This document shows positions 13,374-21,875 of a stretch of 32,000 bases of DNA, in pieces. Under the pieces are notes generated by a model that did no database searches, was not told where the DNA came from, and saw nothing but the letters and a program-made list of their open reading frames with translations. This DNA comes from Candidatus Methylomirabilis limnetica. GTDB taxonomy: Bacteria; Methylomirabilota; Methylomirabilia; Methylomirabilales; Methylomirabilaceae. The DNA lies in assembly GCF_003044035.1 (NCBI RefSeq), contig NZ_NVQC01000028.1, forward strand, positions 30,001-62,000. Direction: 5' to 3'. Position 1 is the first letter of the stretch. The number at the start of each line of letters is the position of its first letter. A program made the translations under genes and the position numbers.

Positions 13374-15794
13374 TCATGCCGCTCCGCCAATGCACATGGA
13401 TAACGTACGGGAGCACAGCTCCACAATAGTAGCGCCGATCCCCCCCTCCTGATAGTCAGCTACTCGAAAGTTTTCGACCAGGGGGTGGTCCTGGAGAAGC
13501 TCTGCAACTGTCTTTCTGAGGATACCTGAGCCCTTTCCGTGGATAATCCGAACGGTGGGAACTCCAGCCAAATAGGCATCCCCTATATACTGGTCGAGGC
13601 GTCGAGCCGCTTCAGTCGCATCGCAGCCAATCAGCTTCAACTCGGCCTTCACATCATCCGTTGCCCTGAACAGCCGGATCGACCCGCTCGTCTCGCCTGG
13701 ACCCGATCCCCCCTGGGACACGACCTCGTCTACGGACACTCTTACCCTCCCCAGGGAAAGCTGGATCTCTACCATCCCAGCAGAACTTGGCGCACCCTTC
13801 ACGATCCCACGCTGTCCGAGCCCTTTGATCAACACCGCTTGCCCGTCGCGAATCGAATCGCCGCCAATACTGCTTGTCATGTGATCCGGATCGATTGCGT
13901 CGCTCAGCTCGGTCTTAGCCTGCCGCTCCAGGTCGCTGAGCCGGCGGCGAACCGCCTGCACCGACTGCTCGCGCGACTGCGCTGACCGAAACTCCAGGAG
14001 AAGGCGATCGATCTCAGCCCGGGCATCGGCGACAGCCTCCTCGGCCTGTTGGAAAGCCTGACGGTAGATCTGCTCGGCCTCGACCCTCGCTGAAGTGCGG
14101 CGCGCCTCGGCCTCGCCCCGCGCCTTGGCTGTCTCGGTCGCGTCACGGGCCAGCGCCTCGCGTTCCTCAGTGAGGCGCTGCTGCTCGCCTTCCAGACGAT
14201 CCAGCAGCAGCCGTAACGGATCGCGTCCTTCGCCAAGCAACCCCTCGGCCCGCTGAATCACACTCGAAGGCAACCCAACCCGAGAGGCAATCGCCAGTCC
14301 ATGGCTGCGGCCAGAAAGTCCAATTACTAATCTATACAGCGGTCTCAGCGTGTCAAGGTCGAACTCAACACAGCCGTTTTCGATTCGAGGATGTGAATAG
14401 GCATAGGCCTTGATGGCGTCCAGGTGCGTGGTCGCCACAACCAGCGCGCCCCGATCGAGAAGCGCCTCAAGGATGGCGATCCCCAGGCAGGCCCCCTCGA
14501 CCGGATCAGTCCCGGCGCCCAGCTCGTCTAACAATACCAGGGTCCCGGGGCGCACTACCTCCAGGATTCGCCGAATCTGACCGATGTGGGAGGAGAAGGT
14601 GCTCAGGCTTTGCTCGATACTCTGCTCATCTCCAATATCCGCCAGGACTCCGCTGAAAAAAGGGACCTCGGAGTCCGGCGAGACCGGCAGATGCAAGCCG
14701 GCCTGCGCCATCAGCGAGAGCAGGCCCGCGGTCTTCAACGCGACCGTTTTGCCGCCGGTATTAGGTCCGGTGATGAGTAGCACGTCAAAGCTATCGCCCA
14801 GGCGCAGGTCGATCGGGATGGTCTGGATCGTCCCAGCCGCTTCTGTCTGTTCCAGCAAGAGTGGGTGCCGGGCCTCCCGCAGCACCAGGGGACCTGTGTC
14901 CTTCAAGGAGACAGGGGCACAGTGAAGCCGGTCAGCAAATCGCGCCGCGGCACATCGGGCGTCCAGCTCAGCCGTGAGAAGTATCGTCGAGAGAACCGCC
15001 TCCGCCTGAGATCGGAGAGAAGTAGTGAGCGCGACCAGCACCCTTCGAATCTCCTCCTCTTCGGATCGCTGCAACAACCGCAGATGGTTATTGAGTTCTA
15101 CAACCTCCTGGGGTTCCAGGAAGATGGTGGCGCCGCTGACGGATCGATCCTGGACGACACCCTTCATGACGATCCGGTAGTTGGGCTTGACAGGGATCAC
15201 GAACCGCTCGTTTCGAAGCGTCACGAGCGATTCGGCGATAGAGGGCTGAAGATGAGGATCCGTCAGTAAGGACTGTAGACGGGAATAGATCAGATTGCGG
15301 AGCTCATGGAGTCGAAGTCGAAGTTGGGTGAGCTTCCGACTGGCGGTATCCTTGACCTCTCCGGCTGCATCGATAGCCGCGTGAATCTCCTTTACCATGC
15401 CAGTATGATCATCGAGTCTGGAGGCGAGGGCATGAAGCTGCGGGCACAGGCCCCTCCCGCGGGCGATCGCGTGACGGATCGTCTCCGCCGCTTCCAGCGA
15501 TGTGGCGACCCTGACGAAATCCATTGCCGCCAGGATGGCCCCTTCCGGTCGAGACCGTCGAATCGACTCCCTGATGTCAAACAGTTGGTCAAATGGAAGC
15601 GCGGTTTCCCTGGACAGCAGTGCCCGGAACTCATCAACCTCGTTCCGGACTTTCTTCGCTTCCTCCAGCGTGGGGAGGGGGCGGGTAGCCTGTGCCAACT
15701 CCCTTCCCACAGACGATCCGGCCAGGGCGGCCAATCTCGCCTGGATGGCAGGCCACTCCAGGACATCGAGGGTGTGCTGATCGATCTGATTCAT
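13374..15794 (-). CDS. mutS2: Endonuclease MutS2 (MutS domain V ATPase plus C-terminal Smr domain)
   Basis: Walker A ITGPNTGGKTV, DELGAGTDP, and C-terminal Smr (RIIHGKGSGILRKTV). Preferred start is MNQIDQHTLDVLEWPAI at 15794; the track ORF extends to 15926. Confidence 0.92.
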   Translation of the reverse strand: MNQIDQHTLDVLEWPAIQARLAALAGSSVGRELAQATRPLPTLEEAKKVRNEVDEFRALLSRETALPFDQLFDIRESIRRSRPEGAILAAMDFVRVATSLEAAETIRHAIARGRGLCPQLHALASRLDDHTGMVKEIHAAIDAAGEVKDTASRKLTQLRLRLHELRNLIYSRLQSLLTDPHLQPSIAESLVTLRNERFVIPVKPNYRIVMKGVVQDRSVSGATIFLEPQEVVELNNHLRLLQRSEEEEIRRVLVALTTSLRSQAEAVLSTILLTAELDARCAAARFADRLHCAPVSLKDTGPLVLREARHPLLLEQTEAAGTIQTIPIDLRLGDSFDVLLITGPNTGGKTVALKTAGLLSLMAQAGLHLPVSPDSEVPFFSGVLADIGDEQSIEQSLSTFSSHIGQIRRILEVVRPGTLVLLDELGAGTDPVEGACLGIAILEALLDRGALVVATTHLDAIKAYAYSHPRIENGCVEFDLDTLRPLYRLVIGLSGRSHGLAIASRVGLPSSVIQRAEGLLGEGRDPLRLLLDRLEGEQQRLTEEREALARDATETAKARGEAEARRTSARVEAEQIYRQAFQQAEEAVADARAEIDRLLLEFRSAQSREQSVQAVRRRLSDLERQAKTELSDAIDPDHMTSSIGGDSIRDGQAVLIKGLGQRGIVKGAPSSAGMVEIQLSLGRVRVSVDEVVSQGGSGPGETSGSIRLFRATDDVKAELKLIGCDATEAARRLDQYIGDAYLAGVPTVRIIHGKGSGILRKTVAELLQDHPLVENFRVADYQEGGIGATIVELCSRTLSMCIGGAA

Positions 15795-15860
15795 CTGACG
15801 CGAGCCGCCATAGATGGCTTCAGCCGCAACGCGCGCACATCCCGAGCGCGTGGATGCAGT

Positions 15861-15896
15861 ATAAATACTACAGGGGACTCGAAATCGAGTCCCCTG
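15861..15896 (-). terminator. Candidate intrinsic terminator after yqeY
   Basis: Minus strand reads CAGGGGACTCGA-TT-TCGAGTCCCCTG (15896-15871), a perfect 12-nt palindromic arm pair, followed by TAGTATTTATA. Confidence 0.5.
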
Positions 15897-15951
15897 AGCG
15901 CGGACCACCCTAGCACGACGGTACACTCACGATGAGGTAATTGCGCAGTTA

Positions 15952-16404
15952 TCACCGCCGCGACAATGCATCTTTTACCATCTGGCTCACTTCCTTCCCA
16001 TCAGCCCGACCCGAGATCTCCGGCATCAGGATGGCCATAACCTTCCCCATATCCTTGAGGGAGCTCGCCTGCGACGCAGCAAGCGCCCCCTCTATCTTTT
16101 TTCGAAGCTCTTCAGGTGAGAGTGGTGGAGGTAGATAGGCCTCAAGGAGCTTGAGTTCGGCCTCTTCCTTCGCGGCCAGATCATCTCGTCCCCCCTTCGC
16201 ATACTGTTCGATGGCCTCTTTTCGGAGCTTGCAAGAGGCAATCACTGCCTGGATGATTTCAGAGTCGTCTAGCTCTCCCCGCTTTTCTATTTCCTTATTC
16301 TTGATGAGCGCGCAGAGAAGCCGAAGCACTGACGTCCTCAGCCGATCCCCACCCTTGAGGGCCGCCTTGAGGTCTTCGGCCAATCGTGCCTTTGAAACGC
16401 CCAC
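15952..16404 (-). CDS. yqeY: GatB/YqeY domain protein
   Basis: 150 aa; LKAALKGGDRLRTSVLRLLCALIKNKEIE...EAELKLLEAYLPPPLSPEEL... is the typical YqeY family sequence. Confidence 0.9.
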   Translation of the reverse strand: MGVSKARLAEDLKAALKGGDRLRTSVLRLLCALIKNKEIEKRGELDDSEIIQAVIASCKLRKEAIEQYAKGGRDDLAAKEEAELKLLEAYLPPPLSPEELRKKIEGALAASQASSLKDMGKVMAILMPEISGRADGKEVSQMVKDALSRR

Positions 16405-16407
16405 GTT

Positions 16408-16605
16408 CTACTCTACAGTGCCGCTGGCGCGTTTCAAGGTCTTCTTCCTGGCGGCTATCGTTTTTTTCTTGCGGCGGACACTGGGCTTTTCGTAATGCTC
16501 GCGCTTGCGGAGCTCTGACAGGACTCCAGTCCTCTCGCACAGTTTCTTGAAACGGCGGAGAGCAACCTCGATCGGCTCGTTCTCCTTGACCGTCACACTC
16601 GCCAT
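16408..16605 (-). CDS. rpsU: 30S ribosomal protein S21
   Basis: [48 protein letters not shown]. An AGGGGGG Shine-Dalgarno sequence lies 10 nt upstream of ATG 16605. Confidence 0.93.
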   Translation of the reverse strand: MASVTVKENEPIEVALRRFKKLCERTGVLSELRKREHYEKPSVRRKKKTIAARKKTLKRASGTVE

Positions 16606-16813
16606 CCCCTTCACACCCCCCTAGTAATAGCGATGAGTTAGGCTACAGCTTGATACCATGCTCGACCGAATCCGAAAGCAGCCACGTCGAGTTTCTACGG
16701 ATGCTATCCTCGCACTTTTCGCACCTAAATGTCAATATGTTTGCCGGCGTCGGGTTTCTCTAAACTCGGGGATCCTAATGCGCTCAGGTTCGATTCCCCG
16801 CCGCCTGATCGGC

Positions 16814-16966
16814 TTAGCGGGTGGCCTCGACAACGGTAACCTTCGTCATGATGTCCCCTTTCTTGATCTTCATTACGACATCCATTCCCTCCACGACCTG
16901 GCCGAACACTGTGTACCCGCTGTACAGCGCGGGTTGTGGCGCCAGAGTGATATAGAACTGACTCCC
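16814..16966 (-). pseudogene. C-terminal stump of a cyclophilin-type peptidyl-prolyl isomerase
   Basis: Own translation: [50 protein letters not shown]. This is the conserved cyclophilin C-terminus. Upstream sequence in frame is degenerate and there is no start. Confidence 0.7.
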
Positions 16967-17038
16967 GGCGCTGTTTTGGGCGCAGCGACTTTCGCTATGG
17001 CTACCGTTCCGGTCAGATTTTGCGCGTATTAACCTTCA

Positions 17039-17638
17039 CTATTCTCGAACGATAGTCACTTTGGTTATTTTCACATCTTCGCGCGGTCGATCATTGCCGT
17101 CGCGGGAAACGTTGCTAATGGCGATGGCCACATCAAGACCTTCTACGATTTCACCGAATACTGAGTGCTTGCCGTCAAGAAACGGAGTGGGAGCAACGGT
17201 GAGAAAAAATTGACTTCCGTTGGTGCCGGGGCCCGCATTAGCCATAGAAAGCATTCCAGGTTTAGAATGATTGAGCTCTTTATGAAACTCGTCGTCAAAA
17301 CGATAGCCGGGGCCACCGCGGCCTGTGCCCGTGGGGTCGCCACCTTGAATCATGAATTTGGGAATAACACGGTGAAAAATAAGCCCATCAAAGTAATGAG
17401 ATTTCCCCTTTTTTCCAGTGTTAGGATCGTTCCATTCTCTCTTTCCCTCAGCGAGCTCGGTAAAATTGGCCACCGTCTTTGGGGCTTCTTTTTCGAATAA
17501 TTTGATTTTGATTTTGCCTTTTGTGGTTTCCATTATTGCGTACAACACTTTGTCTCCTTGTTTTTGTTCTGTTTTGGCGTAGCCAATTGTTGGAATTGCT
17601 AAACTCAATAGAATAGATGCGATGAAGACGCGAAGCAT
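17039..17638 (-). CDS. Secreted cyclophilin-type peptidyl-prolyl cis-trans isomerase; AT-rich relative to flanks
   Basis: 199 aa with signal peptide MLRVFIASILLSLAIPTIGYA, then FHRVIPKFMIQGGDP...LSMANAGPGTNGSQFFLT...HSVFGEIVEGLDV. AAGGAGAG lies upstream of the ATG. Confidence 0.92.
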   Translation of the reverse strand: MLRVFIASILLSLAIPTIGYAKTEQKQGDKVLYAIMETTKGKIKIKLFEKEAPKTVANFTELAEGKREWNDPNTGKKGKSHYFDGLIFHRVIPKFMIQGGDPTGTGRGGPGYRFDDEFHKELNHSKPGMLSMANAGPGTNGSQFFLTVAPTPFLDGKHSVFGEIVEGLDVAIAISNVSRDGNDRPREDVKITKVTIVRE

Positions 17639-17651
17639 ATTTTGCTCTCCT

Positions 17652-17756
17652 TTACCATTCTAAGTAGGGTGACCAACGTGCTTTGCAATAATTTGCTCGA
17701 TTAACGGTGAGCCGTCTCTCATTGGTGCCGTCGGCATTCATAATGAAAACATCAAA
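17652..17756 (-). pseudogene. Short fragment resembling a PD40/TolB-type beta-propeller repeat
   Basis: Own translation FDVFIMNADGTNERRLTVNRANYCKARWSPYLEW* resembles the motif (I/V)MNADG...RLT......P.WSP. No start and only one repeat. Confidence 0.35.
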
Positions 17757-17768
17757 GTGGGTTTAGTC

Positions 17769-17935
17769 TTACCCGGCAAAGGTTCCTGGCGCGTCCTTCT
17801 CATAGAACTCTACGACGATCTTACCGTCCGCCATCTCGATGATGGTCTGGGGCTCTTCGCAGGCTCCGCCTCAGCCACACTATGAAGACCCGCGAATAAC
17901 AGCCCAACACCCAGCATCCCGATTACGCTTCGCAT
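17769..17935 (-). pseudogene. N-terminal stump of a secreted cyclophilin (signal peptide plus first beta strands, frameshifted)
   Basis: ATG 17933-17935 is preceded by AGGAGGA. MRSVIGMLGVGLLFAGLHSVAEAEPAKSP, then after a +1 shift at the G-run 17849-17852: QTIIEMADGKIVVEFYEKDAPGTFAG* (cyclophilin N-terminus ..G.I.iEly...AP.T..NF). Confidence 0.6.
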
Positions 17936-18006
17936 TTTATTCCTCCTGTAAGGTTAGAAGTTGCACCGATTTTCAATACCACCACCCCCATCCTTCGAGT
18001 GTTGGG

Positions 18007-18642
18007 TTACGGCGAGCGCCTGACCTCGAACTCGAACAGCAGCAATTGCTCGGTCGAGCCGATATAGAAGGAGCCCACCTCAAGGATGACCATTTTTGCT
18101 TCCGGATCAAGTGGCGGAAAGAGGAGCAAGCCCTCTCGATCGACCTTCGGCGGCACAACCAACAAGTTGGTCAATACCGTCTCATCCAGCGTTCGCAAGA
18201 CCTTTGCCGACTCGGCCTTTTCGGAAAAGAGGCTGTACAGCTCATCGTATAAGAGCACTGCCGAGCGGCGGTTCTGCTGGTCCACCAACAGCGCCTGACC
18301 CGGATCGAAGTTGACACGATTCTGGCCCACGTTCTGGATTCGGAGGATGAAGGCGAGGGGACCCTTAGTCCCCTTTGGACGCTGCTTAAACGGATTGATG
18401 AGGGCTGGTCGCCGGGCGTAGTAGTCGTCAAGGCCTTTGTCCGTCAGAGACTCAACGGTGACGGTCGCCCCGGCCAGGGTGGCAATGACCAGGTCACCCT
18501 GAGCCCGCAGAGTGGGCAGACGTTGCGGGACGGGGCGAAGCATCGCCTCGCCGCTGGGACCTGACGCGCAAGCGGTACAGGATATCACCAGCAGGAGAGA
18601 AAAAAAACGGGCCAAAGGCCCGCTGGGAAATAAAGATTTCAC
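18007..18642 (-). CDS. Lipoprotein of unknown function
   Basis: 211 aa; signal peptide with lipobox LLLVISC. No domain recognised by eye. Confidence 0.7.
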   Translation of the reverse strand: MKSLFPSGPLARFFSLLLVISCTACASGPSGEAMLRPVPQRLPTLRAQGDLVIATLAGATVTVESLTDKGLDDYYARRPALINPFKQRPKGTKGPLAFILRIQNVGQNRVNFDPGQALLVDQQNRRSAVLLYDELYSLFSEKAESAKVLRTLDETVLTNLLVVPPKVDREGLLLFPPLDPEAKMVILEVGSFYIGSTEQLLLFEFEVRRSP

Positions 18643-18666
18643 GCGCTACCGTCTACTCGAACTGTT

Positions 18667-19515
18667 TCAGGCCACAAGCGCTTGCAAACGGGCAATGCGC
18701 TCCTCGACGGGTGGGTGGGTGGAGAACAGCTTGAACAGCGCATTCCCCCGGATTGGGTTCACAATGAACATATGCGAGGTAGCAGGGTTGGCATCCATGG
18801 GCAGACGGGTGGCTCCAACCTCAAGCTTTTGCAAGGCCGAGGCCAATGCATACGGCTTGTGGGTCAGCCGGGCGCCCGTCTCGTCGGCCTGAAACTCTCG
18901 GGACCGCGAGATCGCCAACTGGATCAAGGTCGCTGCGATAGGGGCCAGGATGGCCAGAAACACAAATCCCAGCGCGCCGCCCCCGCGGTCCTCATTATCG
19001 CGGCCGCCGCCACCAAAGTACGGCATCCACATCGCCATCCGGGCCAGCATCACAATCACGCCGGCAAGCGTCGCCGCGATCGTGCTGATCAGCGTATCGC
19101 GATTGCGCACGTGGGCCAGCTCATGCGACAGCACCCCCTCCAACTCTTCTTCATTGAGAATCCGCAGGATCCCCTGGGTGGCGGCGACAGCCGCATGCTC
19201 AGGGTCCCGCCCGGTCGCAAAGGCGTTTGGAGCCTCGGTGGGAAGGATGTAGAGGCGAGGCATCGGCATATTAGCCCTCAGCGCCAGCCCCTGGACGATC
19301 CTGTGCAACTCCGGCGCTTCAGCCTCGCTGACAGGCTGGGCCCTGTACATCGCCAGGACAATTCGATCCGAGAACCAATAGGCCCCAAAGTTCATCAGAA
19401 AGGCCATGACGAAGGCGAAACCCATCCCTTGGCTCCCGCCAAAGTAGCCTCCAATCAAGACCAGTAGACCGGTCATCAGCCCGAGCAGGGCTCCAGTTTT
19501 CAACGTATTACTCAT
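18667..19515 (-). CDS. htpX: Zinc metalloprotease HtpX (M48)
   Basis: 282 aa; N-terminal TM helices, [10 protein letters not shown] zinc motif, C-terminal [10 protein letters not shown]. Confidence 0.95.
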   Translation of the reverse strand: MSNTLKTGALLGLMTGLLVLIGGYFGGSQGMGFAFVMAFLMNFGAYWFSDRIVLAMYRAQPVSEAEAPELHRIVQGLALRANMPMPRLYILPTEAPNAFATGRDPEHAAVAATQGILRILNEEELEGVLSHELAHVRNRDTLISTIAATLAGVIVMLARMAMWMPYFGGGGRDNEDRGGGALGFVFLAILAPIAATLIQLAISRSREFQADETGARLTHKPYALASALQKLEVGATRLPMDANPATSHMFIVNPIRGNALFKLFSTHPPVEERIARLQALVA

Positions 19516-19577
19516 GCATTCATCCTCCTTAATTCAACGCGGAGACACACTCGCATCCACGTTGACATCACACTGCC

Positions 19578-19606
19578 AGCATAGTGCAACACTTTCGCCC
19601 TGTCAA
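19578..19606 (-). promoter_or_regulatory. Sigma70 promoter for htpX
   Basis: Minus strand reads TTGACA (19606-19601), 17-nt spacer, TATGCT (19583-19578). AAGGAGGA is the Shine-Dalgarno sequence before the ATG. Confidence 0.55.
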
Positions 19607-19641
19607 GCACAACGGGTCACCAGCGCAGCAATATCACGCTC

Positions 19642-20055
19642 TTAAGGGGCGCTCCGCCGGAGCAGCCCGCGTCTTTTGACCGGCACAAGCCCCTCCTCCT
19701 CGCGGCTCTCCCAGTGTTTCATCTCGGCATCGAATTGTTCGGACATCGCCCGCAGCAGTTCATTCATCTGGCGCTGCATCCTTTCCATCCGGTCCCGCAT
19801 GTTCAGGATGACCTCCACTCCCGCCAGATTCACGCCGAGCTCTTTTGTCAGCCGCAGGATCAGCTCAACCCGCTCCACATCCTCTTGCGAATACACCCGC
19901 GTGTTGCCCTCAGTGCGAGCCGGACGAAGCAGCCCCTCCCGCTCATAGACCCGAAGGGTCTGCGGGTGGATATCGAACATTTCGGCTACGACGCTAATCG
20001 AATATCGACGCCGTCGCTGCCCCACCCTCGTCCCCCTTTCAGTTCCCATCGCCAC
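19642..20055 (-). CDS. hspR: MerR-family heat-shock regulator HspR
   Basis: YSISVVAEMFDIHPQTLRVYEREGLLRPARTEGNTRVYSQEDVERVELI is a MerR HTH. It lies immediately downstream of dnaJ, as in dnaK-dnaJ-hspR operons. Confidence 0.8.
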   Translation of the reverse strand: MAMGTERGTRVGQRRRRYSISVVAEMFDIHPQTLRVYEREGLLRPARTEGNTRVYSQEDVERVELILRLTKELGVNLAGVEVILNMRDRMERMQRQMNELLRAMSEQFDAEMKHWESREEEGLVPVKRRGLLRRSAP

Positions 20056-20067
20056 TATGGAAGATGG

Positions 20068-21180
20068 TTACTTCCAGATCGTGCGCCTCGGATCTTCCGG
20101 GTGCAGACGCCCCAGTTCTCTGAACAGCTCTTGCGATTGCGTATCGAGATTCTGCGGCAGAACGATCTTGACGGTAACGAACTGATCGCCACGCCCCGAT
20201 CCCTTCAGATGCGGTACCCCCATGCCACGAAGTCGAAAGATCTGTCCGCTGCACGTCTCCGGGGGGATGCGCATCGAGGCCTTCCCGTCTACAGTTGGGA
20301 CCTCGATCTTGGCCCCTAGCGCCGCCTCAGTTACGGTAATCGGCACCTCGCAATAGATATTATCCCCCTTGCGCTCGAAAAAGGGATGAGGGCGGACGCG
20401 GGTTACGATGTATAAGTCTCCAGGTGGGCCTCCCTGCCGTCCCATATGGCCTTTCCCTTGGACCCTGACGTTCGATCCATTTTCCACGCCCGGTGGGATC
20501 TTCACGGAGATTCGCTCAGCCTTGAGCACTGTCCCCGTCCCATGACAGGAGCTGCAACGGGATGAGGGCAACTTTCCGGTCCCCTTACACCGAGAGCATG
20601 CCTGCTGTCCACCAAAGAGCCCAAGCTTCCCTCGCGCCCGCCCGCTGCCTTCACAGGCAGGGCAGGCGTGAAACTGGCCCCCCGTCCCGGCACCCGTACC
20701 TGAGCAGGATGGACAAGGGGCACGTCGCTCGAGGCTGATCTCAGTAGACAGACCCCTAACCGCATCTTTGAACTCAAGGTCAATGGTGTAATGGAGATCT
20801 TCACCCTTTGATGGTCCGGTCTTGGCCTCCTGCCCGCGTCGGCCGAAGATGTCAGAGAAGAGATCTTCTATTCCGCCATGGCCCCCGAGGTCAAGCTGGC
20901 TGAAGTCGAACCCACCCGGTCCCGCTCCTGGCCTCTGGCCTGTCTCACGCCCCACGCCAAGTGGCTGGTGCCCGAACTGGTCGTACTGCTGGCGCTTGGG
21001 CGTGTCACTCAAGACCTCATACGCCTCGGTGATCTCCTTGAACTTCGCCTCGGCCGCTTTGTTGTTGGGGTTGACGTCAGGGTGGTGCTTCCTGGCCAGA
21101 CGCCGGTAGGCCTGCTTGATCTCCTTGTCCGAAGCGCCTTTGCGGACGCCAAGGACCTCATAATAGTCGCGTTTACTCAT
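20068..21180 (-). CDS. dnaJ: Molecular chaperone DnaJ
   Basis: J domain [12 protein letters not shown]...HPD, G-rich linker, four CxxCxGxG repeats. Start chosen at ATG 21180 rather than the ORF maximum 21207. Confidence 0.95.
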   Translation of the reverse strand: MSKRDYYEVLGVRKGASDKEIKQAYRRLARKHHPDVNPNNKAAEAKFKEITEAYEVLSDTPKRQQYDQFGHQPLGVGRETGQRPGAGPGGFDFSQLDLGGHGGIEDLFSDIFGRRGQEAKTGPSKGEDLHYTIDLEFKDAVRGLSTEISLERRAPCPSCSGTGAGTGGQFHACPACEGSGRARGKLGLFGGQQACSRCKGTGKLPSSRCSSCHGTGTVLKAERISVKIPPGVENGSNVRVQGKGHMGRQGGPPGDLYIVTRVRPHPFFERKGDNIYCEVPITVTEAALGAKIEVPTVDGKASMRIPPETCSGQIFRLRGMGVPHLKGSGRGDQFVTVKIVLPQNLDTQSQELFRELGRLHPEDPRRTIWK

Positions 21181-21296
21181 TCTTGCCACCAGCGTACCGG
21201 CTTGCATTCTCGTGCGGACTCAACGAACGCGGGGGTTCAGGCGAAGCGTTAGCCCCATCCATAAACCCCCGCTTTTGCCACAGTCGCTTCAAGCGA

Positions 21297-21749
21297 TCAC
21301 GTTACATCGATCTTTACTTGCGTGGGTTTGGCCTCTTCCGCTTTCGGCATGGTGACCTCCAGTACACCATCCTTGAAAACCGCCCTGATCTTGCCCTGTT
21401 GGACACCGGTGGGCAAGTTGAAGGTGCGCTGAAATGCCCCGTATGAGCGCTCGACTCGAAGGTAATTTTCCTCCTTGACCTCATGCTCGGATTTTCGCTC
21501 GCCCTTCAGTGTCAGGGTGTTGTCCTGCACCTGGATGTCGATGTTGTCCCGGCTTACCCCAGGGAGCTCTGCCTTCATGACGATGCTATCTGGAGTCTCG
21601 AAGATATCCACGGAAGGCGACCACATGGAGGCCGTCAGCCCCTCCTTATCATCCCCACGGGTCCGGGACAGTGCATGATCGAAGAGGTGATTCATCCGCT
21701 CCTGAAGCGTCATGACATCGCGGAATGGATCCCATCGAATAATCGCCAT
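21297..21749 (-). CDS. Small heat-shock protein (Hsp20/alpha-crystallin)
   Basis: MAIIRWDPFRDVMTLQERMNHLFD...VDIFETPDSIVMKAELPGV...GVLEVTMPK. AAGGGGGTG lies 6 nt upstream of ATG 21749. Confidence 0.93.
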   Translation of the reverse strand: MAIIRWDPFRDVMTLQERMNHLFDHALSRTRGDDKEGLTASMWSPSVDIFETPDSIVMKAELPGVSRDNIDIQVQDNTLTLKGERKSEHEVKEENYLRVERSYGAFQRTFNLPTGVQQGKIRAVFKDGVLEVTMPKAEEAKPTQVKIDVT

Positions 21750-21778
21750 CTGCTTCACCCCCTTTCTCAGAAAATAGC

Positions 21779-21870
21779 CGTCAGCAATCAGCCTTTAGCT
21801 GTCAGCCTCAGATAACAGCGGGAGACGTATCAGAAGAGCTGGTAGCTGATCGCTGAAAGACGACAGCTCC
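21779..21870. repeat. Inverted heptamer arrays (TCAGC-type then GCTGA-type) filling the dnaK-hsp20 spacer
   Basis: TCAGC/TTAGC/TCAGA at 21781, 21788, 21795, 21802 and 21809. GCTG(N3) at 21838, 21845 and 21852, plus degenerate copies at 21859 and 21866. Confidence 0.65.
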
Positions 21871-21875
21871 TCATC

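Noticed and set aside
16787-16808. tRNA-like 3' fragment GGTTCGATTCCCCGCCGCCTGA in the rpsU upstream region (possible att-site relic)
   Set aside because: The 5' T-stem partner is missing (TCAGG does not pair with CCCCG). There is no cloverleaf or CCA, and the implied acceptor would start with C. It may be a relic, but I cannot support it as a gene or att site.
21229-21279. Hairpin GCGGGGGTT...AACCCCCGC followed by TTTT in the hsp20-dnaJ spacer, as an intrinsic terminator
   Set aside because: The T-tract follows the stem on the plus strand, where no gene is being terminated. On the coding (minus) strand there is no U-tract, and the loop is 26 nt. It may be a REP-like element instead.
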